Translations under genes and position numbers: made by a program | The notes under the pieces: model-generated | What the model saw: the letters and a program-made list of their open reading frames with translations, nothing else | Databases searched by the model: none | What the model was told of the DNA's origin: nothing | Source: Ranitomeya imitator | Taxonomy: Eukaryota | Assembly: GCF_032444005.1 (NCBI RefSeq) | Contig: NC_091282.1 | Coordinates: 719,200,001-719,264,000 of the forward strand | Direction of reading: 5' to 3' | Length of the DNA stretch: 64,000 bases | Part shown: positions 47,431-60,617 of the stretch, one piece after another | Layout: each line of letters starts with the position of its first letter | How positions within the stretch are numbered: position 1 is the stretch's first letter

Positions 47431-49570
47431 AAACCATAAATAGACATTAGCGCATTACTTGTTTGTGCAGAAGACAAAGTTATCAATTGCTATCCATAGC
47501 CACGGAGGTTATTGTTTTATTATAAGGAGGTCCACCAATAGACCTTTTTCTTGATGTATCCTATTTTCTAGCCATTCTATGTGTATAACCATTACACAAT
47601 ACCCTTATGAAGACATCCTCAAAGATATGGTTCAATGGCCAAGATGAAATTTGTTTTTTGCTGCTTAGCTTTTTGTCCAGAATGTCCTTCTAATTGCAAA
47701 CATTAAAATATATTTTTTTTTAGTTGCCTCAACCACCATATTTATAAATTCACAAATTATTAACCAATGCAATAATTCCATAAAATATTAGGATGCTATG
47801 CATCCAAGAAAATACAAACAGTATGGACCATCTCTTTTTTTGGACTTTAATGCCGACATATCAAAAAATAGTCCAAAAAATTATACTTTTTTTAGATCAA
47901 TCAATTTAATTGGTATAATTTCTGCTCATAATATTTCTTTGAGCATAAGACACTTTGGTTTTACCCGACTTAAGATTTTAGATGACAAAAAAAAAATTCC
48001 GCTGAATATAATGAAGAGATATTGGACAAATATATCTTGACGGGAGTTACAGGTATTTATATCCACCAATTTCTAGGTAACGTATCTTGGCCTCTCATTT
48101 AATGTGCTCTCCAGCTCTCTCTTGAGCCTTGTATGTCTAAGGAATCCCATCAAGTATATGAATCAGGAAAGATGCAATCTTCACGTACATAATTGCTGGG
48201 CTGTTCTGCTGCCTACCTGACACATTGTCAGTGCCGTTGTAAAATGTCCAAGAACAGTCAGCGGTAGGCTGAAAAGCATGTATGATCGTCAGCAGACGGG
48301 CTCCCCGGCTGAACAGTTGCTAGAAAAAAGAATTCTCGACTTTTGGTCCATTTTGCAGCCTCTTCTTGACTTGCACAAATTGTGAACCGATTTTGAATGT
48401 CTTCCTGGAAACGGCAACATCAGCGAATATTCAGAGCACATATTGCCAGCCTCAAGCAGTGAAGAGGTTAACATTTCTGAGACTGCTATTAATTCTTTTA
48501 ATGAGGGTGCTGTCATCTCTCGTTTAGGAGATGGAACTGTCAGGAGGATTTTTTTTTTTACCTCATTTTTCTTCAACAATAATTCCCCGGGCCTTTATTA
48601 AGAAGGTTTTCCTCTTTCAGCCACTTTCATGTCATTTTTAGGACCTTTTCCTGTAGCCCCAAAACATCAATTCGTAACAAAGCAAACAAGAATACTCATT
48701 CTTTGATTATCTGTCACATTACACTTCCTTCTACGAAACAAAGGGATTATTCAATTACCCTGCTTTATAGAACGACAAGAACAGAATTAAACAACAAGGA
48801 AGCTGGGCAAGGAAAAATGTTATATAGGATATTACAAACCATCTTATAGCGGAATAGACCGTCCATCAGATACCTCACCAGACCACCTATAAGCATATTG
48901 AAAAAGGGATGATATTTGCTCACATGGCCTCTATTTACAAGATAAAATATGAGATTTTTTTAAATTATTTAAATAATTTAAAAATCATTTTTGCAATTGG
49001 GTTTCATTCAAAATTTTGCAACATTTACCTTCTACAGCTTGTATGTTGAAATGTCTGTAGTTGACTGGAGAACGAGGCAAGTGAGAATCCGACACTGAGC
49101 TGATTCAGATTGAATCATGGGAATTTGGTGATACTTGCATGTGTCTTTTTCTGAGCTCCTCATTTATAGATACACACCATATTAAAGTTCAACGTGTGTC
49201 GGAATAAAGAACCTGTAAAGTCAAACAGTGAAACATTTTTAATAAAAAAAAATAGTTTCTTAACACCAAATACATGCATTTAACTAAAATATTGATAAAA
49301 ATTGCTCCCAAAATAAAAATAAAATCTTTTAAAACTTCTTCTTCTGGAGCTGGTTAAAATAAAAAAATAAAAGGATAAATATGTTAGGTTAGGTTCACAC
49401 AACCATTTTCTCTCCATCCAAGAAAATTGGTCCGATTATGCTAAAGACACTCTGATCAGAGGTTGATCAGAGTAGAAAAAAAAGAAATATTTTCACTATC
49501 TTCTTCATGCACTTTGATGTCATCTGAGTACAGTCTGATTTTTTTTACACGGACGCATAGACATGAATGG

Positions 49571-51381
49571 CATGGGCGGACATACCGCCGGTTCAGCCGA
49601 TGCGGCTGCACAGGGGCCCCGAAGGAGAGGGGGCCCAATCAGCTGTTGAAGTCTTTTGTTCTTTCATAGAGCCAGCGGCAGCATGTCCACTAAGTGGAGA
49701 GGAAGGGGGCCGGTACCGGAGTCATTTGCTGTCAGAGAGGGCCCTGCATGCTGCAGGAGACGCTGTAAGGGACCCCCTTCCTCTCCTCTTGATGCTGCTC
49801 CTGGCTCTATGAGGCAGGAGAATCACAGCATCACTTCTCAGTTCCACATGCAGGGGCGTGGCTAGGCAGTGTATACATTTTAAATAAAGTTTGTTTTTTG
49901 ATTGCAAACTTCAGCCTCTCAGTGAGTGGTTGAGTGCACCCCCGGTGCCCTGGTCTGCGCAGCTCCTCCTCTGGGTTCTCTGCTTGCAACAGGTCTCCTG
50001 CAGCCTCTGTGTTCCAGATCTCAGGGCCTCTTCTTCCAGAGCACAAGGTGAGGGATGGCCGGGGTTGTATCCCCCGAGCAGCAGTGTCAGGAGGCACCGT
50101 GTCCATGATGACAGCAGTGACTTAGTGACTGTGTGCTCGGTGCTTCCTGGTCGGTGCGGTGAGTGGCTGAGAAACCTGATCCTGCACCGATCAGATAGCA
50201 GGGAGCTGCATCACAGGCACTAATTCACTGCTTGTAATCACTGACCCCAGACACCTCCTGCCATTAGTGCAGCAATAACTCCAGGCTCAGAGTGGCTCCT
50301 GTCCCCATCCTTCCTCCGATTCAGCATTTGTATTGCTTCACATAATACATACCGTATATAGAATTCTACTGTATCTGCACATACCCTTAGCCTCCTCCAA
50401 CAGAAAAAAAGCTTTATCATGCTCCATCAGTTATCATTTCAGTGTATAACTAACAAAACAGGGCAGTATGAAATAAAGACCAGGGCACTATAAATAACAA
50501 TGCTGTACATAACGAGAGGGCACTGTGTAATAAGTGACAGCGTTACACATAACAAGAGAAGGGACTGTGTAATAACGGGTGGCAATATACATAATGAGAG
50601 GAGACTATGCAATATGCCATATGAGAGGAGACTATGCAATATGCCATATTTTTCGGATTATAAGACACACTTTTCCCTCAAATTTGGGGTGAAAATGGGG
50701 TGCGTCTTAAAATGTGTATATACCTTACCGGTACCTTTGCCGCTGGCTGGGATGAGGGGTGTCCGGCAGTGCTACAGGGGTGTCCGGTGCTGCGAGGGTG
50801 TCTGGCGATGCTGCCCGTTGCTGCGGCAGGTGTCTCCGGTGCTGCAGGGGGCTCTGCCGACATTTTGTGAAAGGCCAGGGCCACCCGCAGTTCCATGGTT
50901 TCCTGTGCGGTGGACTCCAGGAAAATGGCGCTGGGGGCGGCGCATGCACAGATGGAGATCACCCGCAGCAGCACCGCCGGACACCCCCGCAGCGCCAGAC
51001 ACCTGCAGCACCGGAGACACCCGCAGCAGCACCACCAGACACCTGCAGCAGTACTGGACACTTGCTGTGGCGCGCCCACATCGGAACACCCCCTCATCCC
51101 AGCCTGCAGCATCACCCCACTCCTGCCTCCTCCAGCAGCGACCCCGGGACCCCGTTTCACCGCAGCTACTACCCCCAGTAAGCAATAAAATGCATGGATT
51201 ATAAAAAGCACCGCCATTTTATTAAGAAAAAAACAAAATTTGGGGTGCGTCTTATAATCCGAAGCGTCCTATAATCCGAAAAATATGGTATGTATATATC
51301 TGTACATTGGTAGCCATAAAAGGAGGGGGGCCCAAACACATTTCTTGCACAGGGGCCCCAAATCATCTGTGTCCGCCCCTG
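49571..51381. mobile_element. Non-autonomous hAT-like element with a nested MITE
   Basis: CATGGGCGGACATA / TGTGTCCGCCCCTG termini; no matching 8-bp TSD. Confidence 0.5.
50644..51288. mobile_element. pogo/Tigger-like MITE with GC-rich internal repeats
   Basis: CCATATTTTTCGGATTATA / TATAATCCGAAAAATATGG|TA termini. Confidence 0.75.
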
Positions 51382-52191
51382 GGCGGGTGCCATCTGATTA
51401 TTGGTGTTATAATAACAGTGTGTGGATGATATCATCCACACACATTTATTATAACGCCTCTGACTGGTCGTTTGCCGACCTGTGGACCTGCAGCAGCTGA
51501 CATCTACATGCTTTTACTCTGCACCATCAGGTGAGCAGTTCTCTAACATTGATTGGAATAATCCGTGGGATAAGACCCTATTTGCGCTTTTTTGTTTCCT
51601 ATCATTCTACTATCTGATTATACAATTGCTCTCTCCCAAAACCATGGATAGTACTAGTCTGATTTATACAGTCATCTGTACAAGCCCTAAGGTCATCAGA
51701 GTGCGAGATCCCTAGAAGTCAAAATTAGTCAAAAATGGCGTTATGCAAGCCCATATCGATGGACAGTGTAGGACATCTTTGCCCCGTGCAACTATTATTG
51801 TTTATAATATAAAGACCATGTTGACCAAAGGCGAAAAGGTCAATAGAGCGTTAACAAGATAATATTTTATGTATATATACGGTGTTTTTTTTTTTTTTTA
51901 CAATGAAACTTAAACATTTTATAGAATCACCTTGTAATTTACATTTTAAAATGGCATTCCAAAATCAGATTCAATTGAAAATAATATAATAATTATTTTT
52001 ATTTAATTATTATACTTTTTGGAAATGATGTAAGCCAACGGCCTCATTATGAATTGCCTTGTTGTGTAAGACCCAAGTTGTTGTATCACTATATGGTTCC
52101 CCGTGTACTGACACTTGTACAGGTTAAGAATTGTTGATTTTGAGGTTAATAGTAGTTATTGCTAGATTTAAAGTGACATGGGAGAAATATA

Positions 52192-53891
52192 CACTGCTCA
52201 AAAAAATAAAGGGAAGACTAAAATCCCACATCCTAGATCAGGGGTGTCAAACTGCATTCCTCGAGGGCTGCAAACAGGTCATGTTTTCAGGATTTCCTTG
52301 TACTGCACAGGTGATAATTTAATCACCTACACAAATAATGAGTTGGTGATTAAATTATCACCTGTGCAGTACAAGGAAATCCTGAAAACATGACCTGTTT
52401 GCAGCCCTCGAGGAATGCAGTTTGACACCCCTGTCCTAGATATCACTGAATGAAATATTCCAGTTTCAAATCTTTCTTCATTACATAGTGGAATGCGTTG
52501 AGAACAATAAAACCTAAACATTATGAATGTAAATCACAACTAATATCCCATAGAGGTCTGGAGTTGTAATGATACTCAAAATCAAAGTGGATAATCAAAT
52601 TGCAGGCTGATGTAACTTCATTGGAAAAGCCTCAAGACAAGGAAATGATGCTCAGTAGTGTGTGTGTGGCCTTCACGTGCCTGTATGACCTCCCTGCAAT
52701 GTCTGGACATTGTCCTGATGAGGTGGATGTTATCCTGAGGGATCTCCTCCCAGACATGTATTAAGGCATCAGTCAACTCCTGGACAATCTGTGGTACAAT
52801 GTGGTGTTGAATGATGAAATGAGATATGATGTCCCAGATGTGCTCGATTGGATTCAGGTCTGCGGAATGGGCGGGCCTGTACATAGCATTAATGCCTTCA
52901 TCATGCAGGAACTGCTGACACACTTCAGCCACATGAGGTCTAGCATTGTCGTGCATCAAAAGGTACCCAGGGCCCACTGCACCTGCATATGGTCTCACAT
53001 TGGGTCTGAGGATCTCATCCTGGTACCTAGTGGCAGTCAGGGTACCTCTGGCTAGCACATGGAGGGCTGTGCGGCTCTCCAAAGAAATGCCTCAACACCA
53101 TTCCTGACTCACTTGCAAACCGGTCATGCTGGAGGATGTTGCAGGCAGCAGATCGCTCTCCACGGCATCTCCAGACCTCTACCTCATTTTTCACATGTGC
53201 TCAGTGTGAACCTGCTCTCATCAGTAAAGACCACAGGGTGCCAGTGTTGAATCTGCCAATCTTGGTGTTCTCTAGCAAATGGCTATCACCCTGTATGATG
53301 TTGGGCTGTAAGCATAACACCCACTTGTGGACGTCAGGCCCGCTTAACACCCTGATGGAGTCTGTTTCTGACAGTTTGAGAAGACACTTGGGTGTTAGTG
53401 GACTGCTGGAGGTCATTTTGCAGGGCTCTGGCAGTACTCATCCTGTTCCCCCTTGCACAAAAGAGGAGGTAGCAGTCCTGCTGCTGAGATGTTGCCCTCC
53501 TACACCCCTTCTCCATGTCTCCTGGTGTACTGGCCTGTCTCCTAGTATCTGCTCCATGCTCTGAACACTGTGGTGACAGACACAGCTACCCTTCTTGCCA
53601 CAGCTTGCATTGGTGTGCCATTCTGGATGAGCTGCACTACCTGAGCAACTTCTGTGGGTTGTAGACAATGCCTCATGTTACTGTACAGGACCTTTAGGGG
53701 TGAGAACAATGACAAAATGCAATAGTGACAAAACAGCCAAAAAAAAGAATGAGAACAGAGAAATGGTCTTTGGTCACCCCCTGTAAAACCACTCCTTCAT
53801 ATGAGGTTGTCTTGCAAATTGCCTATCATGTCTAACTGTTGTGTGTTACACTTGCACAACAGCAGTGTTCCCTTTATTTTTTTGAGCAGTG
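52192..53891 (-). mobile_element. Full-length decayed Tc1 (DD34E) with a nested MITE
   Basis: TA|CACTGCTCAAAAAAATAAAGGGAA...TTTTTTGAGCAGTG|TA; HDNARPH...DLNPIEHIW in ORF 52618-53082. Confidence 0.9.
52239..52433. mobile_element. 195-bp near-perfect palindromic hAT MITE
   Basis: CAGGGGTGTCAAAC TIRs, arms of about 87 bp, 8-bp TSD TCCTAGAT. Confidence 0.95.
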
Positions 53892-53904
53892 TACTTCAAG
53901 CTTG

Positions 53905-54105
53905 ATACTGGGGTCTTGGGATCAAATCCCACCAAGGACAACATCTGCAAAGAGTTTGTATGTTCTCCTCGTGTTTGCATGGGTTTCTTCCAGGTTCTCC
54001 GGTTTCCTCCCACACTCCAAAGACAATACTGATAAGGAATTTAGATTGTGAGCCCCAATGGGGACAGTGATGTCTGTAAAGCTCTGTGGCATTAATGGCG
54101 CCATT
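53905..54105 (+). mobile_element. V-SINE-like tRNA-derived SINE
   Basis: B-box-like gggatcaaatccc; core gagtttgtatgttctcctcgtgtttgcatgggtttc...ccggtttcctcccacactccaaagac; L2-like tail. Confidence 0.75.
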
Positions 54106-54652
54106 TAAGTGAGTACAATATATAAAACTGCTTCTTTGTCCGGTTCAAGGCAAAAAATTTAATTAAATGCCTTAAAAATAGATTTCATGTCAGTAGTGAA
54201 GATCCTCCATTAATTAGTTGCAATCAACAACAAAAGCATATTTTCTCTTGAGGGTTTGAGTAGTCGATCACATTGAGTGCAATGCTTCATATCTCCTGTG
54301 GAGGTGCTGCATGGAAATTCAATGAGCGTCCTAGGCACAATACTTCTGATTGCAGGTCATCCCAGCAGTGTTATTTTCTGTGACTGTCCAACTCACAAAA
54401 CCATTTTACGATACATTCAATTATGGCTAAATAAAAATGAAAAAAAAAAATAGCCCTTTGTAATTTTTTTTTAGTGGCCATGTGATGGCTCAAAGTCAAT
54501 CACATGACTTGCAGTAGAAAAAAGCAACTAAAGAAAAACTCAGTAAAAAAAGTGCAAGTACTAAAACATTTGTTTAAAAATAAAATGCAACAAACACCAC
54601 GTGTACAAAGCCACATATGAAAACAGATCCATGTGTCAAATGGTACATTTTA

Positions 54653-55000
54653 GGGCTTATTCACACACTGCTATTTTTACAGCTTTTTTCCATCAAATTT
54701 TTGCCGCAGTAAAAAAATGCAGCACTTTACAGTACTAGCAAGGCAAATTAAATTTCTGAAGCCTCATACACACGCCGCTTATTTTTTTCCTGGTGGATTG
54801 AACCAAACTGTTTTTCCAAATTTGCAGCGTGTCAATTCTTTCAGCGCTTTTCAGCCATTCAAATGAGTGCAAGTAAAAAACAAGCAAAAATTGAATTAAA
54901 AAAAGTGTTAAGATGCAGATTTTATGCAGCAATTTTCCTGCCAACACTGATTTTTGCTGCAGATAAATCTGCTGTAAATACTCAACGTATGCACATAGCC
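54653..55000. mobile_element. Degenerate Harbinger-like MITE
   Basis: gggcttattcacacactg / cgtatgcacatagcc termini. Confidence 0.55.
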
Positions 55001-55003
55001 TTG

Positions 55004-55399
55004 AAGGGGTTTTCCACTTACAGATTTCTGGATCCTAATAGAGAACGCTATGTTAAAGTAATAAAGTCAGATGGTACTCACCATTCCAGGGACTAGTGCA
55101 TGATCTCTATTTACTGATGACAGTGGTGACGTCATGCCAAACTGTACATCACCACTGCAGCCAATCGCTGAGTTGGGCAGCTATGCTGATGTAGTTGGCA
55201 TGAGTCACTGAGACCAGTGATTGAATGCAGCAGTCATGTGCACTGTAGTAGTGATATCACTGCTGCAGACAGTACACAGACATTGGAGCAGCGGTGGAGA
55301 GCTGGCACTGGAGCAGGGGATGGTGACCACCATTTGATTTTAGTATAATATTTTTATCTTGTTCATTAAAAGACAGTAACTTATAAATGGAAAATCCCT
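55004..55399. mobile_element. Kolobok/T2-like MITE
   Basis: aggggtttttcca / tggaaaatccct|TTAA termini. Confidence 0.55.
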
Positions 55400-55543
55400 T
55401 TAAGTGAGCATGAAAAGGTCTGATACACAATCTAATGTGCCTTATATATGTGAAGGGTCACATGGATTAATAAAAGGGCTGTATCATCACAAAATGACAA
55501 ATTATGGTAGGTTTTTATGTTTGGAACTTTTATTGTAAAAATA

Positions 55544-57010
55544 CACTGCTCTAAAAAATAAAGGGAACACTTAAACAACAGAATATAACTCCAAGTAAAT
55601 CAAACTTCTGTGAAATCAAACTGTCCACTTAGGAAGCAACACTGTTTGACAATCAATTTCCCATGCTGTTCTGCAAATGGAATAGACAACAGATGGAAAT
55701 TATTGGCAATTATCAAGACACCCTCAATAAAGCAGTGATTCTGCAGGTGGGGACCACAGACCACATCTCAGTACCAATGCTTTCTGGCTGATGTTTTGGT
55801 CACTTTTGAATGTTGGTTGTGCTTTCACACTCGTGATAGCATGAGACGGACTCTACAACCCACAAGTGGCTCAGGTAGCGCATCTCATCGAGGATGGCAC
55901 ATCAATACGAGCTGTGGCAAGGTTTGTTGTGTCTGTCAGCGTAGTGTCCAGAGGCTGGAGGCGCTACCAGGAGACAGGCCTGTACACCAGGAGACGTGGA
56001 GGGGGCTGTAGGAGGGCAAGAATCCAGCAGCAGAACCGTTAGCTCCATCTTTGTGCAAGGAACAGGAGGAGCACTGCCAGAGCCCTACAAAATGACCTCC
56101 AGCAGGCATGTGTCTGCACAAACGGTGAGAAACCGACTACATGAGGATGGTCTGAGTGCCCGACGTCCACAGATTGGGGTTGTGCACAGCCCAACACCAT
56201 GCAGGATGCTTGGCATTTGCCGCAGACCACCAGGATTGGCAAATTTGCCACTGGCGCCCTGTGCTCTTCACAGATGAAAGCAGGTTAACACGTTAACACT
56301 GAGCACATGTGACAGACGTGAGTCAGGAGATACCGTGGAGAGCGATCTGTTGCCTGCAACATCGTTCAGCATGACCCACACCATCGTTCAGCAGTGGGTC
56401 AGTAATGGTGTGGGGTGGCATTTCTTTGCAGGGCCTCACAGCCCTCCATGTGCTCGCCAGAGGTAGCCTGACTGCCATTAGGTACCGAGATGAGATCCTC
56501 AGACCTCTTGTGAGACCATATGCTTGTGCGGTTGGTCCTGGGTTCCTCCTAATGCAGGACAATGCAAGACCTCATGTGGCTGAAGTGTGTCAGCAGTTCC
56601 AGCAAGATGAAGGCATTGAAGCTATGGACTGGCCCGCCTGTTCCCCAGACCTGAATTCGATTGAGCACATCTAGGACATCATGTCTCGCTCCATCAACCA
56701 ACGTCAGATTGCACCACAGACTATCCAGGAGTTGGCAGATGCTTTAGTCCAGGTCTGGGAAGAGATCCCTCAGGAGACCATCCGCCCCCTCATCTGGAGC
56801 ATGACCAGCCATTGTACAGTTGGGAGGTCATACAGGCATGAAGAGGCCACACACAATGCTGAGCATCTTTTCCTTGTCATGAGGTATTTCCACTGAAGTT
56901 GGATCAGCCTGTACTTTGATTTTCGACTTTTGATTTTGACTATCATTCCAAATCCAGACCTCCATCTAGGATGTGGTATTTTAGTGTTCCATTTATTTTT
57001 TTGAGCAGTG
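55544..57010 (+). mobile_element. Decayed Tc1 (DD34E), same family as 52192-53891, opposite orientation
   Basis: TA|CACTGCTCTAAAAAATAAAGGGAAC...TTTTTTGAGCAGTG|TA; MVWGGIS...QDNARPH...SPDLNSIEHI. Confidence 0.9.
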
Positions 57011-57964
57011 TATATATTTTTCTGTGACTACCTGTGTAAAAATGTTTTCAAAACATTCCAGCGCTAATACTGGCCAATAGAGCTGTTTTCTGTACCTCAC
57101 TTATAAGCTTTGCTGTGTAGACTGGGACAGGTTCAGCAAAATAAGGAGTTTTAATGGCTGGTGAAGGGGCTTTATCTAGTTTAGTTCAATTATATCCCTG
57201 GGCGTGATTGTTGTTCCTCACCTTGACCACATTATCTCAGGAATTCCTAAGATTCCTTTCTAAACATGAGCAGTGCACCAATGCAGTGGGCAAGTACACA
57301 CAGTTTTACTGCACAGAGTCAGAAAGGCATAGTGGTGCCATTTCAGAGATGATGTAGCCGTCTAGGTGTATATCATTTATACCCAGGGGGTGTGATCTAC
57401 AATATCTGAAGCCAAACAAATCTGGGTGAAGTGATGCCCACCAGGACTAGTTTCAGCTCATCAGTATAATGTGTTCTACACTAAGTACTTTTGTCACACA
57501 TATGAAGATTTGGAAATGTAACCCATCACGTGATTCATGCTGTCAATCCACAACGAGTACATTTCATACCTGTGTGTCTAGTCACCTGTCCCTTGGCCTT
57601 GATTTTAATCATACTTTTTTCTGAAATGCCACCGTTTTAGAGTAAAACATACTTATTGTAACGAGGGAGTCATTCTCTGATTCTTGCTCTCCATAGTTTG
57701 TGGAGCATGTATCATGCCATAGGTTCCAGTTAAAAGCAGGACCTTGGCTCTAAATCTTAGAGAGGTATTCTCAACTTATCCCTTGAGCAGCTAGAAGCTC
57801 TGCAGTGTTTTAACATCATGGTTGCTTGGGGGGAGACACTCCTCCTTTAGTGACAGTTCTGGTGAGTAGCTGATAATACTTTACTGTCATCACTGTATTT
57901 CCATATAGAGAAAACAGTGCCTTTGAACAAGCACACAGCTCAAGAAAATGAGCCATGACTAAAA

Positions 57965-59005
57965 GGTACCGTCACATTTAGCGACTTTACAACGATAACG
58001 ATAGCGATCCGTGACGTTGCAGCGTCCTGGATAGCGATATTGTTGTGTTTGACACGCAGCAGCGATCAGGATCCTGCTGTGACATCACTGGTCGTTGCTG
58101 AAAGTCCAGAAGTTTATTTTGTCGCTGGATCACCCGCTGACATCGCTGAATCGGCGTGTGTGACGCCGATCCAGCGATGTCTTCACTGGTAAACATCGGG
58201 TTACTAAGCGCAGGGCCGCGCTTAGTAACCCAATGTTTACCCTGGTTACCATTGTAAAAGTAAAAAAAAAAAACACTACATGCTTACATTCCTGGAAACA
58301 AAGCAGAGTCTATATACTGACTACAGGTCACATAGACGATACCACTATAAATAATATATGTAACAAAGCATAAGTGAAAAAAATTAAAACGTAACTTTTA
58401 CGTCTAGTCTACTATGATGTCTCCAATTTGTTGCGGAGGATATCATTTTGTCCTATCTGGGGATAACTAGTCTCTGTGGTCACCATACCATTTGTTGGGG
58501 ACTACACCCCAGTATTTTTATCCACTTGGGTGTTTGGTTTAGTTTTTTTGTGTGGCTTTAGTTATAATAAAAGTTACGTTTTAATTTTTTTCACTTATGC
58601 TTTGTTACATGCTTACATTCCTGTCACGTTCCCCAGCGTCAGCTTCCCTGCGTCCCCCAGTGTCCCCGGCCGGCCGTAAAGCAGAGCACAGCGGTGACGT
58701 CACCGCTCTGCTTTCCGGCCGGCGCTTACACAGTGCAGGGAAGCTGAAGGCGAAGGACGTGACAGGAATGTAAGTATGTAGTGTTTTTTTTTTACTTTTA
58801 CAATGGTAACCAGGGTAAACATCGGGTTACTAAGCGTGGCCCTGTGCTTAGTAACCTGATGTTTACCCTGGTTACCCGGGGACTTCGGCATCGTTGGTTG
58901 CTGGAGAGCTGTCTGTGTGACAGCTCTCCAGTGACCAAACAGCGACGCTGCAGCGATCGGCATCGTTGTCTATTTCGCTGCAGCGTCGCTAAATGTGACG
59001 GTACC
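57965..59005. mobile_element. Harbinger-like MITE with an internal 311-bp insertion
   Basis: GGTACCGTCACATTTAGCGAC / GTCGCTAAATGTGACGGTACC termini. Confidence 0.85.
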
Positions 59006-59840
59006 TTAAGGGAACTGCTCTGGAACTGCCAAACAGCTAGCTGATTCTTCAGGACTGATAAGAGCACCTTAGTGGGAACTGAGAGTGAATGGGAGGGAGG
59101 GGAGCAGCTAGTTGCTGCATAGAAATCAATGGGCTGACTGGTATGTTAGGAGTTAACTCCTCTCCTGGAATTGCTCTGGTGGTCGAGCTCTTTGTTAGAT
59201 AAAAGCAGATTGCAAAACTATGTCAATAGCAAACATGCTTATTTTTATACTGTCTAACTAACGGTAGCAAATTAATAACATAAGAATACTCCTGTAAGGT
59301 GAAGGTTTGGAAGCAGCTACAGTAAAGCAAATAGAATCCACTTGAACATCATCACAGGCATTACACAAAGAAAGTATCTACAATATGTCTATCAATATAC
59401 CAAGCTTTTAGAAATAAAAATACCAAAAAAAAACTAGTAAAGAAAGAAACACTATTAGTGTGGAGTAGTGTCAGCAATTATTTTTAAATCTTGTTGGGGA
59501 AACTTCTGTCTGCCATGCAATACATTGTGAAGAATATTGAGGTGCTCCTCATAAATACTGTTGACATAATAAAGATGTATGCTTGTTTATTTTTTAAAAT
59601 CTTGATCTGCCCTTAAGCTTTTATTTCTATCACATTGTCTAACTAACTGGCCAAGTTTATGCGGTCGTTTGTTTCAAATATTCCTCTTCTCCTTCAAACA
59701 ACTATAACTTTTTTTATTTTTGGTCAATATAAGCTAGAAATTTTACACGTAGACCTTTGTTGTTCAAACAACGATTTTTGTCAGGTAAAGTATAAAAAAG
59801 ATAGTTTGTCATATATACAGTATATATTCACATATGTATG

Positions 59841-59844
<4 letters not shown>

Positions 59845-59873
<29 letters not shown>
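59845..59873. repeat. (TA)n microsatellite
   Basis: Direct reading. Confidence 0.9.
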
Positions 59874-59879
<6 letters not shown>

Positions 59880-60070
59880 ATCCTTTTGCACTCACTGTAT
59901 AAGATACATTGTATACTTTATTAATTTCAATGGTTACACACAATTTTTTACCTTTTCTCCTTTGCTTTCATTTCACTTATGGGAAAAGACAGTGGTTAAT
60001 TTGAGCAATCTATATAGCAATAAATAGATGTATGTATGTATATAATGTATAAAGTGTATATACATATATA

Positions 60071-60612
60071 CAGCTGTGGTAAAAATTAAGAGACCACCAT
60101 ATCAAAACTCTGTCATGGGCAGCCCAATCTCCAGACCTGAACCCCATTGAAAACCTCTGGAATGTAATCAGGAGGATGATGGATAGTCACAAGCCATCAA
60201 ACAAAGAAGAATTCTCTACATTTTTTTGCGCCAGGAGCAGTGTGAAAGACTGGTGGAAAGCATGCCAAGACGCATGAAAGCTGTGATTAAAAATCATGGT
60301 TATTCCACAAAATATTGATTTCTGAACTCGTCCTGAGTTAAAACATTAGTATTGTTGTTTCTAAATGATTGAAAACTTGTTTCCTTTGCATTATTTGAGG
60401 TCTGAAAGCACTGTTTGTTTGTTTTTATTTTGATCATTTCTCTTTTTCAGAAAAAAAATTACTAAATTTATTGCTTGGAAATTCGGAGACATGTTGCCAG
60501 AAGTTTATAGAATAAATGAACAATTTACATTTTACTCAAAAATATACCTATAAAGAGAAAAATCAGACAAACTGAACATTTTGCAGTGGTCTCTTAATTT
60601 TTGCCAGAGCTG
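60071..60612 (+). mobile_element. Internally deleted Tc1
   Basis: TA|CAGCTGTGGTAAAAATTAAGAGACCAC / GTGGTCTCTTAATTTTTGCCAGAGCTG|TA; encodes SPDLNPIENLW. Confidence 0.88.
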
Positions 60613-60617
60613 TATAT

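Noticed and set aside
48221-48601. 126-codon + frame with one internal TGA (readthrough or selenocysteine idea), overlapping a 96-aa antisense ORF
   Set aside because: There is no recognisable homology and no SECIS identified. A rough estimate expects several such frames by chance in this amount of unique sequence. A TBLASTN hit would reopen the question.
48562-48650. Minus-strand exon with AG/GT ends
   Set aside because: All three frames contain stop codons.
50500-51217. Five overlapping ORFs of 97-234 aa
   Set aside because: They arise from GC-rich repeats in a MITE, where stop codons are scarce on both strands.
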